A stretch of DNA of 64,000 nt, from NCBI GenBank assembly GCA_973895155.1, contig OZ316891.1, positions 14,973,037 to 15,037,036 on the forward strand. The letters run 5' to 3'. Position 1 is the first letter of the stretch; each line of letters begins with the position of its first letter. Position numbers and translations under genes: made by a program. Source of the stretch: Marsupella aquatica. Its lineage: Eukaryota; Plantae; Marchantiophyta. Below are positions 13,901-26,877 of this stretch, in pieces. Below the pieces are notes generated by a model that saw only the letters and a list, made by a program, of their open reading frames with translations, was not told the origin of the DNA and searched no databases.

Positions 13901-15118
13901 ATGCATGGTATAACGAAAATACCTCGATAATAGGAACGCGTCATGGCGTGAAACTGCTCTTGACCCGCAGTATCCCAGAGCATGAGCTTCACGTCCTCCT
14001 CTAAGCCTCTCACGAATCTACGTGTATGTCAACTGAAATCCTCTAAATTTAAAGTTGAGCAAGTCCGGACGTTCGAGACACGACACTTCTTAGACTAAGT
14101 GTTGTTGCCAGCCTGACTTAGAACAGCATAGCATCGAAGCAGAATTCTACAGAGCATTCTGCTCAAGTCAGATAAAATCCACGCATTCTAGTTCGATAAC
14201 TATCATTCTGCTGAAGCCACTATCATTCTATAGTTATAAATTCAAATATTCCCAGCGTCCATCATACGTGCTTGGGACTTACTGCACTTTCTCGAGGAAA
14301 TCCACTCCAATCGTCTTCTTGTATGCTGGACTATACACACCTTTGCAAAATTGGCGGATCATGCTCGTCTTTCCAACGCACCCATTTCCGACTATAACTA
14401 CCTTCACCTCTCCTGCGTTTGAGTATACATACATGAGCACCGAGGCATTGAGACACCCTTACGATGAAATTGCGAATATTTGGACGGGAATGTTATTTGA
14501 ATAGCCTCCGAATTCCAGATACTACGCGACCTTCACTGCTTCTCTAGTGATTAATTCCCTCAACATGACGCAGAATAGAATGAGACTGTTTGAGTCAACA
14601 AAAATAGTTAACGAGACAATCCCAGAAACAGAGGATCGCAAAGATCTTATTAACATGGAGGTAGTCAATCATTAATATGATCGTATAGAGCCCTCCGCAG
14701 ATGAGATCAATTTCATATCTTTTCCCCGATCTTTTCAGCATGAAAACTAAACAGAGACTGAAAATCCTTCATTACGACCCGAGCCAGAAATATCCTGATT
14801 CTGACTACGAATAAGGCCGCCCCTTCCCCCCCCCTGATCTAACTTTTAGCCTAGATGAGAGCTTCATTCGAATTACCAATGCAGACTCAATGGGCAAACA
14901 ACTCAAGCATCTTTTGCATGTAACAACTATTAAATTTAGGGTACAGGACGAGTGAGTGACTCAAATTCGCATCCATGACTGTTCCATTCTCATTACTCTG
15001 ACTTTCAGATGCCCATCTCGAATTCTCCTATATTCTTGATCCGTTTTATGGGCTTGGATTGTCGTCAGCGGCAGGAGGACCTGTATTTGTACTTACTTTC
15101 GAAGTCTTCTTCCTGCAT
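10921..15118 (-). CDS. RAB23: Rab23-like small GTPase; the last splice junction is unresolved
   Basis: Exons approx. 15118-15097, 14412-14283, 14017-13923, 13665-13589, 13147-13068, 12928-12846 and 12609-12535. They give [49 protein letters not shown]...[16 protein letters not shown]...YYRGA...[13 protein letters not shown]...[26 protein letters not shown], collinear with animal Rab23 (MLEEDME...[11 protein letters not shown]...LRFYRTSVKEDLNVNEVFKYLAEKYL). A probable terminal exon at ~11112-10921 ends [16 protein letters not shown] (polybasic tract plus CaaL). Confidence 0.88.
11735..12185. repeat. Purine-rich degenerate minisatellite (~18-19 bp subunits, one ~91-bp higher-order duplication)
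   Basis: Repeated AAAAAGATGTCAAGGTGAG-like subunits. The block at ~11763-11847 recurs at ~11854-11938. Confidence 0.8.
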
Positions 15119-16968
15119 GGCGTGCATGATTTCGTCACTCGCAGGTGCTGTCGCAATTCACAGCTTCGTCGACGAGAATATTAAGTCCCTGCAGTGTCAG
15201 TGAGTCTATGCACGTCCGCGACTCAGTTTCAAGAGCCGCTTCAAGATAATTATGTACTCTTTGATCAGCGTTCGTTGTTGCGGGTCGCTGGAATCCCTGA
15301 GTGCGTCAACTGCTAGGATTCCTTGGAAGTCGATCGGACCGGAATCAAGACGTGGATTCTGAATTTCCGTCGAACTCGAAGGACTTCCACTCGGCATTAT
15401 TTGGCGACGTCTTTCGTTGGTCCGATCTAACACTGGTTTTCAATACTAGTCGTGAAAATATAGCAGAATTGTATCAAATGTCCGAAATTTTACGTCGATA
15501 ACGACCCATTGATCCCAATCCCGTTCGAATTTTAGATTAATGTGGAGTTATATTGAACAAGCAGAAAGCAGGCTCATTTCGACGAGTAGAGTTTGCGTAA
15601 ATGCTCGGCTTTGTCATCATCGAGACATCCCAGCCAGCTGCACACTGATCGGAGAAAGCGCTGCTCTGCCTCGGCGCAATTAAGCCATGAGCACAGGAAG
15701 TGAAGGAACGCTCCTAGCAAATGTTTCCACATCCTGATAGGTGGTTATTCGACCAGTTAATATTAATCTCGTGCGCTGATGCCCCACAATTTCGTCAACT
15801 TTCTTACTACCGCTGTACTTGATTGCTGTTCTCAACAACTTCTTTTTTGGATCCTTCTCTGCAACGATCTTGAACAGTGAGTGAAAAATATCATCATGCA
15901 ATTATTGATCGAGGACTGCAATGATCCGCTTACATCCAGATTCCTCAGCACAAGTACCTACAGTAGAAACCGTTATGTCGACAGCCTGGGTATCATGAAA
16001 GAGGAGACTAGCAGGAGCTGGCGTGAACCAGGCTACAGATGAGAGGCGAATAGCTCCTTGAAATTAGCGGTTGGAAAAATCCGGAAGTACGATATTTTCT
16101 CCGAACAACATGCTACAGACACGATTTGAGGCTGACGAACAAATTTAGTTTATTTCTACACAAACGTCGCAGGGCACAAGTCTGTTTCACAGAATTCCTT
16201 CGAATGGCAAGTTCACTGGAGCAAAAAAGTCTCACCCGCTAAATCCGAGCATTGCTCATCGTGACTTAGAGCTTCCCTACTTGGCTCGAAAATCACGGTG
16301 CCGCAACTTTGGGGTCCGTGTGTGGGCAATGCGGATGCGTCACATTACAGTTATTTGTTCATTGGGTGCCTGGTCAACATCCGTAACCGCTCTCTCTAGT
16401 CTCTAGTGTCTGACCGCACAAAAACAACACTGCACCCAAATGTACAACGGCTGAATTCTGAACGCCAGAGGCCCAATCATGCTGCCTGCTTCCGATTCTA
16501 TTCGCTACTATCGTACTGATGACGGTCAAGTTTCAAGCTGTCAACGGGTGTAGTTATGGCCAAATGATTATTAGTAATTTAGTACGCAGTGTAAATCAGA
16601 TGAGGATAATAATGTGATAGTATCATGGTATTTCCAATGAAATCTGATGATCTGATCAGTCACCCAAGAGCAATCGCTGGGTGCCAGTCATGAAGCTGAA
16701 ATGTGAAGTTACCACTGCAACCATAATGTCTAAAGGGACGGTTCGGCTCGGCTGCCATAGCTGCTACCAGCTTTTCTGCACGCGTGGGACACGGATCTTA
16801 ATTAACTGCACAGCGTCATGCTGTCAGCTGTCTACTGCCCAAGCCCCACTTCAGCTGTATTTTACCTCAAAAACTCGCCAAGTTCCACCCCACTAAAAAG
16901 CAGGAGCCACTTTTGGCGAAAAGTAGCCTGCTTTTTGTCTTGTCCAGTTTCTCACCTAGCACCATATC

Positions 16969-18456
16969 GAGGTATATGCTTAATCCACCCCCTTTGGACT
17001 GTTTCTTGCTTAATCGAGTTCCTATGTTCAAATCTGCCCCAATCAACCCCTATGTTCAGATCTGCCCCAATCCATCCCCCAAAGTATGTTTGTTACCCAA
17101 TCAACCCCCTTTGATAGTTATGATTCATGATATGTTGTGTATTGCAATTGCAGTCTACCTGAACCTGTCCATGGGTGCAAGCGACTTGACCAAACTGTCA
17201 AATGCTTCGTTTAGGGTCAGCCGCGCCGCGACAGCGATGATCAAGGATTTCAAAAATGATGTGAAGACAATACATGTTATGTCTTCAGATGTTCATTATT
17301 GAATTGTCCTCACATAACTTGGTCCAAATGTTTATAGTTTCAAATTCTGTCATGATGACTTCTGTTCGTCATGAGGTTTGGGGGAATCTATTGTATTGGG
17401 AGTTATTGGGAAGCTTAGTCTCTTTTTGTTAGAGTTTGCATGCAATCTAGATAACATTGTAGTGGTGTGAGGTACACTTAGGGATATCAATGTTGGAGAT
17501 TTTGATGTCATTGTGCATCTTTGGCATAGAGGGGATCTATTTGAAGTGGACATTCTTAATTTAATGTGACATTTTATCACTACAAGATACTTAGGGCGTG
17601 CCCAAAAACAAGACGTAATTGCACATGGGTTTAGGATGTGGCCAGGATAACTGATGGGAAAGCCTCTAAGAAAGTGTGTAAGAATTTGATATTGTCATCA
17701 ATTGTTGTTGATATGTTTATTCTAGTGAATACACTTTGTTGAGAGTACATAATGCAAAGTGTCTTAGTTCAATTGCTTGTAATGGAAGCAAAGGTAACTC
17801 AAAATTCAAAACGACAAACACTTCAAGGAATTTGGAGAATTTTACAAGTGTTTGGATTCTTGGCTGTCATAATGGTCTTGCGGTATAAAGATTGGAAACA
17901 TTTTGAGAACATTTAATAATTCCTGAACGCAAGTGTGCTGATTTAGCAAATTAGTCGGTGTCAAAGAGATCCAGCAAAGCATTTTCTGTGAGTGAGATCC
18001 AAACATAGATTTGTCTATAGTGGAATGCACTGATAAAGATTCTCAACAAAGCAACTATATATGAACATTATGGAGATAGTAGCCCAATTTTATTACCTCT
18101 AAACTTCAGACAAATGGAGACCCCTCTGGAGACCTCTAAATGTTTGAAGACCATAGTAGTTTTGTCTTCAAACACAAAAGTATCCACGATTGCGTCCGGT
18201 GTCATTCGATCTTAATTCACGTGTGGATTGTGGGCCGACTCTTATCTCGACATAATTGTAGCATACCACGGACGAGACCACTGGCTCATATGATAGAAAA
18301 TTAGAGTTCACCATGGTAATGTCTCCCTATATTGCTCTAACTTCCCAAGAACTACATGTAAGAAATTGTCAGAGGGGGTCTATTGGGGCAGATCTAAACA
18401 TAGGGGGTTGATTAAGTAATAAACAGTCCAGAGGGGGTAGATTAAGCATATACCTC
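16969..18456. mobile_element. Non-autonomous Mutator-like (MULE) DNA transposon
   Basis: Left end GAGGTATATGCTTAATCCACCCCCTTTGGACTGTTT... The right end is its imperfect reverse complement (...AAACAGTCCAGAGGGGGTAGATTAAGCATATACCTC), matching over ~80-90 bp. An identical 9-bp TSD, CACCATATC, lies at 16960-16968 and 18457-18465. There is no intact transposase ORF. Confidence 0.9.
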
Positions 18457-18843
18457 CACCATATCCCATTAGCGACAATAATATCTAGTTTATTATACAT
18501 CACATTGCCAAAAAGACAGAAAGGGTCAAACCTGGAGACAGGACCACACAGGCAAAAAGGCTTATTTGTTTACTACAAAAATTTGGCAAATTTCAACCCA
18601 CTAAAAGCATCAGCCACCGAAAGCTTTTTCACCTTGCTACATGCCCAGAAATTTGATCGTTGACTGGGTATCCTTAAATTCATCCCAGTGAGATGTAAAG
18701 GTCATAAATTAGTCTAGTAAATTAGATAAGGAATCTTCGTACCAGGTGGCACCCGCCACTGGGCTAAAACAAAGGAAAAACCTTAAAGAAACAGTCACTT
18801 TGGCGGGAAAAAGGAAAAACCTACAATAATAAGCAGGGTGCAC

Positions 18844-19077
18844 TCTACTGTGCTAGCCCCACTTTGCTGCCGACCTTAGTAGGCAGAGATGTCTACTGTG
18901 CTAGCCCCACTTTGCTACCATCTTAGTAGGCAGAGACATTTATACATCATGTCTATTGTGCTAGCCCAACTTTGCGAGGTAGGGCTACGTTAGTAGGTAG
19001 AAACATTTACGCAACATGCACTTTACTGTGCTAGCCCCACTTTGCACCACCTTAGTAGGTAGGGACATTTATGCATG
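18844..19077. repeat. Four-copy tandem repeat, 48-70 bp units
   Basis: A conserved TCTACTGTGCTAGCCCCACTTTGC...TTAGTAGG core starts at ~18844, 18892, 18952 and 19022. Confidence 0.85.
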
Positions 19078-20180
19078 GTCAGAGAAACTCAGAATCTTTC
19101 AATCTTATGATGATGACCAGTATAATTTATACTATTAGTTATAAAGCTTATTTGAATATTCTGAAAACTTATGTAATGGACACTATAATTCACACCAATA
19201 TTTCTACAATTGCCGCATTGTTATCTCTGTCGATTGCGCTATCTGTTAGTCCAGTGGGCTCTATTCTCCAAGAGTTCTTTCGTTTTACCATGCTAATGTG
19301 TCTTCCATATTGTTTACACCCCACTTGAGTTTTTTGGGTTAGCTCACTTGTGTTCGTGGAGGTCTCTGGATCTAGAATGAAATTCATTTGGTTAGTGTGA
19401 TCTTGGGAGTGCGAGTACTATGGTACACCATGACATAGATAATATGATGATTGACATTGACCACGATTCGTGATACCATGTCAATATTGAGCAAGTATAT
19501 GTGCTTCCACACCACAGGAGGATGGTGGTCCTGATGACAGGCTTCCACAGAGTTCGTGACGTGACCTTGAAGATGTGTTCAGTCCTTGCCTTGAATCAAC
19601 AGTATTTGTGTGCAGCAGACCAAGAGCTCGATTGAACGTAATCAATGTGTCTGTCTGTGCCGATCTAAAATCAATCAATGCGTGTCTTGGTTTGTGCTGT
19701 GATCATATAAGAACGATTACTAACATCTATGCCTATGCTCACAGCAGCCTTTCCTTTATTGACGAAAATTCGCCAAATCCTGCCTTGGATTTAAGTAGTG
19801 GCTACCTTAACAAAGGGATGTTAAATCTGGTAGACGCGCGTGTGTATCTGACCCGGAGCAGTGCAAAGTGACATGGATTACAGCAGTGCTGAACTGGTGA
19901 TGTTCAACGCGCAATACTGGTATTCCGCACAGCCTTTTGATACTGTACTTGAGACTGTCAGCGCGCTCCCCAATTGCGATGTCGGTAACAGAGTACTTTA
20001 GCTTCTCTACTAAATCGTCCAGGATTTTGCTTGCATTTTGAAAACGTGAGAAAAGAGACAGTTGAGGTTGCCTTCTTCCAAAGCAGACACGCAGGCCGTC
20101 AGTCTAGCGGGGCTGGCTGGCAGCAAGCTACAAATATTAGCAGTCCTTTCGGTCCGGCCGGGGCCAGTACTGCAAAGGAG

Positions 20181-23100
20181 ATGGCAGCTATGGCAGCTCT
20201 CGGACGTGTTGGAACCGGAGTGCTGGTAGTAGCGGTGATGATCTCGTCACTATGGTTGATGACTGTGGAAGGAGCAGACCCCGCGCAGTTGGTGAAGAAT
20301 CTGCCCGGTGCACCGCCAGGGCTCAACTTGACGCAGTACGCGGGGTACGTGACAGTGAACGAGACGAATGGGAGGGCATTGTTCTATTGGTTCTTCACCG
20401 CCGAGGGTCCCAATGCCTCCTCGAAGCCGCTCATACTTTGGTTGAATGGAGGTAGAGTTACTGTCTCAACTCCGTCTAGCTTTCTATCTATTTCGCTAGC
20501 TCAAGCAGTTGCGAGCTTCGTACGGTACTGATTGTCAATTTTAATTTGCAAGAGCAAGCAATCTGGCTATGAGTCATTTACCCGGAACTTCGAGGCCAAG
20601 GATTGAAGATAAATTTTGAAATTCTTCCGAGCTTTTCTCTGGAGCATTCTTGAGATTAAATCTGGGTCAGTGGGCTCTGTCTTGAAATACATTTCACACA
20701 GGCGCTGAGCGACACATTTGATCTGTTTCGCCCACTTTGATGTTGGAACATTTTCCACCAACCTTGTAATCCAGGAGTTTTAGGTACGAGAAGAAACATA
20801 GAAGGCGTAAGGTTATTTTGGATATGTGGAGCATTTCAAAATTCGGGGGACCCCTTGGCAGTTTTGCGGCTTGTGGCTTGACCCTTGACTGGAAGCAGAA
20901 ATTCAGCAAGAGACGGGAGGGTCGACATTCAAAGTATATATGCGACTGTGACTGAGACTGTGATCTTTCACGTCGGTTCTCTGAGTGCGTCACACTGAAC
21001 TTTTAATTATGAAGAAGAACCTCTGCAGCTGTGCGTGTTGTGTTGCCGGTGAACAGGACTTCCCCAAGAGAATTTTAGGTCCACATGGGGTTGGTCATTC
21101 GATTGAACTGAGGGAAGAATTGCTGCATGCAATACTTCCTGGTTGTACTCGCTTGCCTCAATCAGTAGCTGAGCTGACCAACAATGCTTCAAAAGAACCA
21201 ATCTGCAACTTTGCAAGTTCATTGAGAGCAAAAACAAGCAACGGAATACTGTAGACCACAGAAAGGAAAAAACGAAATCACTGAGACCGTCAAAGCCAAT
21301 TAGTAGGATGGGCGGGAAGTGGAGGCCGGAAATTCTCCTGAGAGGGTCTGATTGAGGAGAAAGATTCAAAGAGATAGATTGAGGAGTGCCTGAGGGAATA
21401 AGATGGAATCTGCATTGAGAGGGTACAGAGTGTAACGCAATCATGAATCACAAGCGAGGTTTAGGTGCATCTTGGGAGTTTATTCTACTGTCACCCTTTT
21501 CCGCAAGGAACAGTTTCAGAATTTCGAAGACGAATGGACTGGACATTTGATCACCAAGCGAGACGAGCTTAGAGGATCTGGTGGCCTGTCAATTGTCATG
21601 GGAAGGACAGACGGACCGCAGAGTGGAGTATGACGCAGTTTGAGGAGAATTGCAAAATCTCATGAGAGCGCAAGTCTCCTGGGCACAGGTTTTTGCGTAG
21701 TCCAGCCTTCTTCTTTAGTAAGTAAGTCTTCAAGAGATGCGTCCGTAATGCACGAAGTCACGCACGCACGCATCTCTTGCCGACTAACTTAAAAATGGCC
21801 ATATCCAGCACTTGATGGCGTCACAGTTAAACATAGTCGGAGTACATAAGTGCACGGGTACTTAGAACCTGGAGAGAAATAGAGAGATTGCAGTTTTGCT
21901 TTCACCAGCCTTGATGCATGGCATTCGCTTTTTGCAACTTGTGACTGGCGAGGTGGAACGCTGAAAGTAGGCAGTAGATGTCAAATGTAACGAGGGTGTC
22001 ATGGAATTAATGAGGATGCACAAAGTTTATGCGGTTTCACAATTTCTCTGACATGGGAAAGAAAAAGACTAGCCATTTTCTGAGTAACAGCACTGACCAT
22101 TTCCGTGCGAACATGGCCTGCTGCTTATATTGAGTTAGCTCCAATTTGTTGCTTTGCAGGACCTGGATGTTCGTCTGTAGGAAACGGTTTGCTAGGAGAG
22201 TTGGGACCTTTTTTTCCGGCAGGCGACCTGAACAACATCTATCTTAAACTCAACAACGATTCGTGGATCAAAGGTTGGTACTCTATTGCTGCATTTACCT
22301 TCAACTCTGACTCTGCACAGATGATCAGATGATTGAATGAGCAGGCAAGTGAACTCCAGTTTTTTGGCTGCATTGACCTACTTACGTCCAGACTATACAG
22401 TGTATTTTGAAGCCAATTCATCGAAATGACATTGTTTATGGGAACATACAGAGGCAAACGTCATCTTTGTGGAATCGCCGGTCTCAGTAGGCTTTTCCTA
22501 CTCCAACAGTTCTTCGGACTATAACTTATTCACTGACAATCGAACTGGTATGTCTCTCCACCTTTTCTCGATCTTCTTACTGGAAAGCCATTCATTTGCT
22601 ACTGGCAGGCAAGAAACTGACACACATTTCGCAACATCTATCATCAAATTTGTGTTATGGGCATGATTTGCCAGAAAGTAGTCTAGTTTCTAGAATGTTG
22701 GAGTGCATCAATGGCAAGGAATATTGTCAGGCAACAGATGAGAAGAGCAGCTGAATGGGCATCGATTGGTAGAGTTTGTCCGGGCCTATGTAATAATAGA
22801 ATGAATAGAGAAGTTTTCAGAGATTAACGAACCATTCACAAGTGGACTGAGAGCCCTTCTCTGCTGTGTTTGCTTTGAAACACAGAAATGATCGGTCTAT
22901 TTCTGGTTCGTTCCATTCTTGACTTCGTAACTCTTTTCCCACTCATTCAGCTGAAGATGCTCTCCAGTTCTTACTGAATTGGTATAAGAAGTTTCCCGAG
23001 TACAAGACCAATGATTTCTACTTGACCGGCGAGAGTTATGCAGGTATGTCGAATATCGTGCTAGACTTTTGACCGTACTCGCCAAACTCGTCCTGCTAGT

Positions 23101-25894
23101 TTGCCAATTCTGTTGTGGATAACCAGGCAGATAAAGCTTTGATAGCGAAAGGAACGTACGAGGATGGCTAAAGATTGAGCAACTAAATAGCTTAGAGACA
23201 AGGTGGTCTAAAGCCCTTTCATGCACGTCCTACAGCAAAATCAGACAGATGTGTCCATAGAGTATCTATGCGAGTCGAAGTAGGTTATTCAATGTTTTGA
23301 GTTACTTGTTCTGGATTATGCATAGAGTATCTATGCGAGTCGAAGTAGGTTATTCAATGTTTTGAGTTACTTGTTCTGGATTATGACAGTGATCTCAAAA
23401 CAGTGAATAACCTTCTTAGACGGACCGATCCAATTTTCAAGAAGAGCAATAGTCCCCGGTTCAATCCCGAGTACAGCTTCCAGCTTTGGTTTACAATTTA
23501 CTCATTTTTGTTTAATTGGAAACAGTCATATTGCCTTCGTCAGGAACTGATGTAAGAAATCCCTAGTTGAGTGAAATTACTAGATTAGAATGATTGTAAT
23601 AAGCAGATGTGGCCCTAATGTTTATGTACCTTCCAAGCAAGTTGAATAAGAAGAACATCTTATCTAGATCTAGTCTGCTAAGAAGGTTGGATAGGCATGT
23701 TTGTTTCTAGTTAATGGCTTTGTTTGTCTATAAAGAGTCTCGACAACAGCAACCCAATCCGTGCCTAATTATGTCCGTCTGCTGTTTGCAGGACATTACA
23801 TTCCAACCCTAGCCAGAGAGATTGTGCGTTATAATGATGCAGAAGGGTCGAATGACTTTCATATCAATTTTAAAGGATGGGCGGTACGAAGTCACTCCTC
23901 CAGTAAATTTTAGTATTGACTTCGTTCCGTCTCATGCTGTTTCCTTCAACCCAAAAATACAATTTTCGATGACAAATTCATTGGAGGCTAAAAAGAACCA
24001 CTGTCCCGAGAAAACAAGTCAGGATGACCTCAAATTCAAGTAAGCTGAGGTTTAAGCAATAGCTGGGCAAGTTCAGGGTATACATATATATTCAGAGTCA
24101 CCAAGGCATTGGTGGTTCAGGCTTGCCTTCCACGTTCTAAGCTTGATAAGTTCTCACTTGAGAAGGAGTGCTTCGTCCGTAAACACCGTGCCAAAAAGTA
24201 TAGACAGCTTCATCCACTAAAAGGCAGCTTCTAGTTATTGTCCATGCTTGAAATGCTGAAACAGTCGTCCTTCACTATTTCAGCTCTTCGACTCTGACTT
24301 TGCATATGGCCATCAGGTTGGGAACCCATGGACAGATGCGTACTACAACAATTTCGGGGCAGCGGACTGGTGGTACTCGCATGATTTAATTTCAAGTCAA
24401 GCCCACGCAGGGATTGTGAAATATTGTGACTTCAAAATTGAGAGACCAGTTATTTACGCGGACCCCAGTTCCTCGTGTAATAATGCAGTATCCGAGACGA
24501 ATTACGACTTAAACTACTTGGACGTGTATAATATTTATGGTCCCTACTGCAACAATATTGTTGCCAATAACACTATGTCAAGCACGCGTGAAGCCAAAGA
24601 GGTACTCTTCTTTTGCCCAAGCCTGCGTATTGAAGATGTATTTTTGATACACCCAGTGATCAAACGAATGTTGAAATATATATATAAGCCCAATGCTTAA
24701 GACTTTTGCTGTCTTCGAAAACTAGTCTGTACTATTGTGGGAACCTGAGACAACACGTCTCTATGTAAGAATCGACTTTTATATGAAGTTCCATCGTGAG
24801 TAGGGCACCCGGAGGTTACCACAATCCTGATATTCACACTAGTGGAATCCAGATAGAAAACAAGGACTGCCTTAGAATACCTCTTCATCTTCTATACACT
24901 CTTGTGGAGAAGGCTTTGAATTTGTCATCGATACAAATCCTGCCTCGTCTCACGTGACTAAATGTTTGTGTGTTTTGGACAGAGAGAAACAGGATTCCTT
25001 CGGGCTGATTCTTCTACCTCAAATGTATGCGCACCGGACCTGATTGGCCCTTATTTGAATTCACCAGAGGTTAAAAAGTCCCTCCACGTAAACACCTCGA
25101 TTCAATGGTTCAGCTGCAGTGACCTGGCATTCTTGAACTACAGCACGAAAGACATCCTTACGTCGATGCTGCCCATCTACACGGAATTGATGGCCAGGGG
25201 TCTGCGCATATGGATCTATCAGTAAGCCCGCCTCTGCCTGGTACAAATAGAAGTACGATTTGCTAGTAAAATAGAGACATTCGACATGCACAGTTGGTGA
25301 TGGACCTTTCCTTCCTAATTTTGCTGTATCGGTATTGACAACGTCCTCTCGTCTGACAGCGGAGACATTGATGCTGTCTGCCCGACCACATCGACAAGAT
25401 ATGCATTAGATTCATTGAAACTAGAGATCCAAACACCATGGTATCCATGGCAACACGACACACAGGTATCGCTTCTTTCACATGATGTGACTAGCGTGAT
25501 ACCTTCCGACCTCTGTCAGTTTATTTGCGATTCTCTCATCCTAAATCGATGTACAGCATTATTTGAAATCCTTATCCCATGTCCGCTGTTCGATTCACGT
25601 AAATCTTCTCTAATTGTTATATGATAGATTGTTAGTTCACATCACAGATGACCCATTTTGCACCAAAGAACCAGACTAAATGCCACTCGACATGAGATTT
25701 GTAAGTATCGCCTTTTTAATTGGACATTTTTAATTGGACATGTGCAGGTGGGAGGTTTTACTCAAATTTACAAGAATCTGACATTCGCGACCGTTCGGGA
25801 TGCTGGTCACCTTGTCCCTGCTGATCAACCAAGCAGGGCCCTCTCTCTATTTAGACATTTTCTGGCGGGAAATCCCCTTCCCCCATTTGCTTGA
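20181..25894 (+). CDS. Serine carboxypeptidase-like protein (peptidase S10, clade II-like), secreted, 9 exons
   Basis: Exons approx. 20181-20451, 22160-22273, 22452-22547, 22951-23043, 23792-23883, 24317-24601, 24982-25221, 25360-25465 and 25748-25894. A hydrophobic signal peptide is followed by [47 protein letters not shown] (catalytic Ser), GDIDAVCP (Asp) and [10 protein letters not shown] (His). Confidence 0.95.
23256..23385. repeat. Perfect 65-bp tandem duplication in an SCPL intron
   Basis: CATAGAGTATCTATGCGAGTCGAAG...TTCTGGATTATG occurs at 23256-23320 and 23321-23385. Confidence 0.95.
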
Positions 25895-26877
25895 CATTCT
25901 TTTGCGAAATTGAGCTCTACACATTCGATTCAATACTCTAGTGAAGGCTTTCCTTAGCCTCGGAGAAATACAACAATACAGGCTTTGCTCCTGGTTGATT
26001 TCAAAATGTAATAGTCGGGCTCCTCGAGTCCTCATTATATTAAAAGCAAGAATCATTGGGCTCCTCATTATTTTCAACTTGAGAATGAAGTCCTCAGCCG
26101 TATGGTTTTTCAATGTATAATTGCAGAGTAAGAATGACTCTGACTGCACGTTGCTAGATTAGGTGACTACCAGCGAATCAGTCAAGTAGTTCTAGGATGA
26201 TTCACTAGTGGACGATTCTACCATCCTCCAATAATTATCACGAAGTCAAACCAGACCTGAAATGATCCTCAGCCTGAGCTTCATGACATCTCGCCAATCC
26301 TCAAAATGTTGTGAAGGGTGACTCCGCATCGGGGATAAATTAATTCCTAGCGTCGAGCACCAGAAACAACGGCAAGCAAAACTCCAAAAAGGACCGAAGA
26401 CTTGCCGGCGCACAGAAGAACAAGTCAGAAAAGGGTGGTGGACTACTTCTTGAGGCCTACCTGGTTGATGTACATAGTCGGCCCGTGAACAATAACAGAA
26501 CTCATGCGAAATATATGAAGCGCTGTGACTTTTTTAACTGAGTTTTACACTGATAAATTTATGCTACTGTTCTCGTTTGCAGACCTTTTCAGGACGTGCA
26601 GAAGTATCTCTAAGCTCTATCTGGGTGACATTTAATTCCACCGTCACGCGACAAATCCTACTAGACCAGGCTATGAGCAGTGAACTCAGTAGAGTGGAAA
26701 TCTGCTGCACTGTTACCAACTATCACTTCCCACATCAAAAGGATCTTGTAGAACGTCAGGGTCACCTGTGATGCAGGGCAAGAGTCGACAGGCTCATAGT
26801 TAGTAGAAAGTTTGGCATTGTTCCATGACCATCTGCACTACGTTGAGCGATGTCAGCTTCAATAAAAGTTGTCAAAA

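Noticed and set aside
18844-19077. CRISPR-like repeat-spacer appearance
   Set aside because: Eukaryotic context, variable parts are short and related to each other, and there are no cas genes.
19100-19540. Possible C/D box snoRNAs (ATGATGA ... CTGA pairs near 19106 and 19444)
   Set aside because: No terminal stems and no rRNA-complementary guide that I could recognise.
23440-23480. tRNA T-arm-like CCCCGGTTCAATCCCGAG
   Set aside because: No acceptor stem, D-arm or anticodon arm could be built; at most a decayed tRNA/SINE fragment.
24106-24135. GCATTGGTGGTTCAG resembling a tRNA-Gly 5' end
   Set aside because: The match stops after 15 nt and there is no 3' half.
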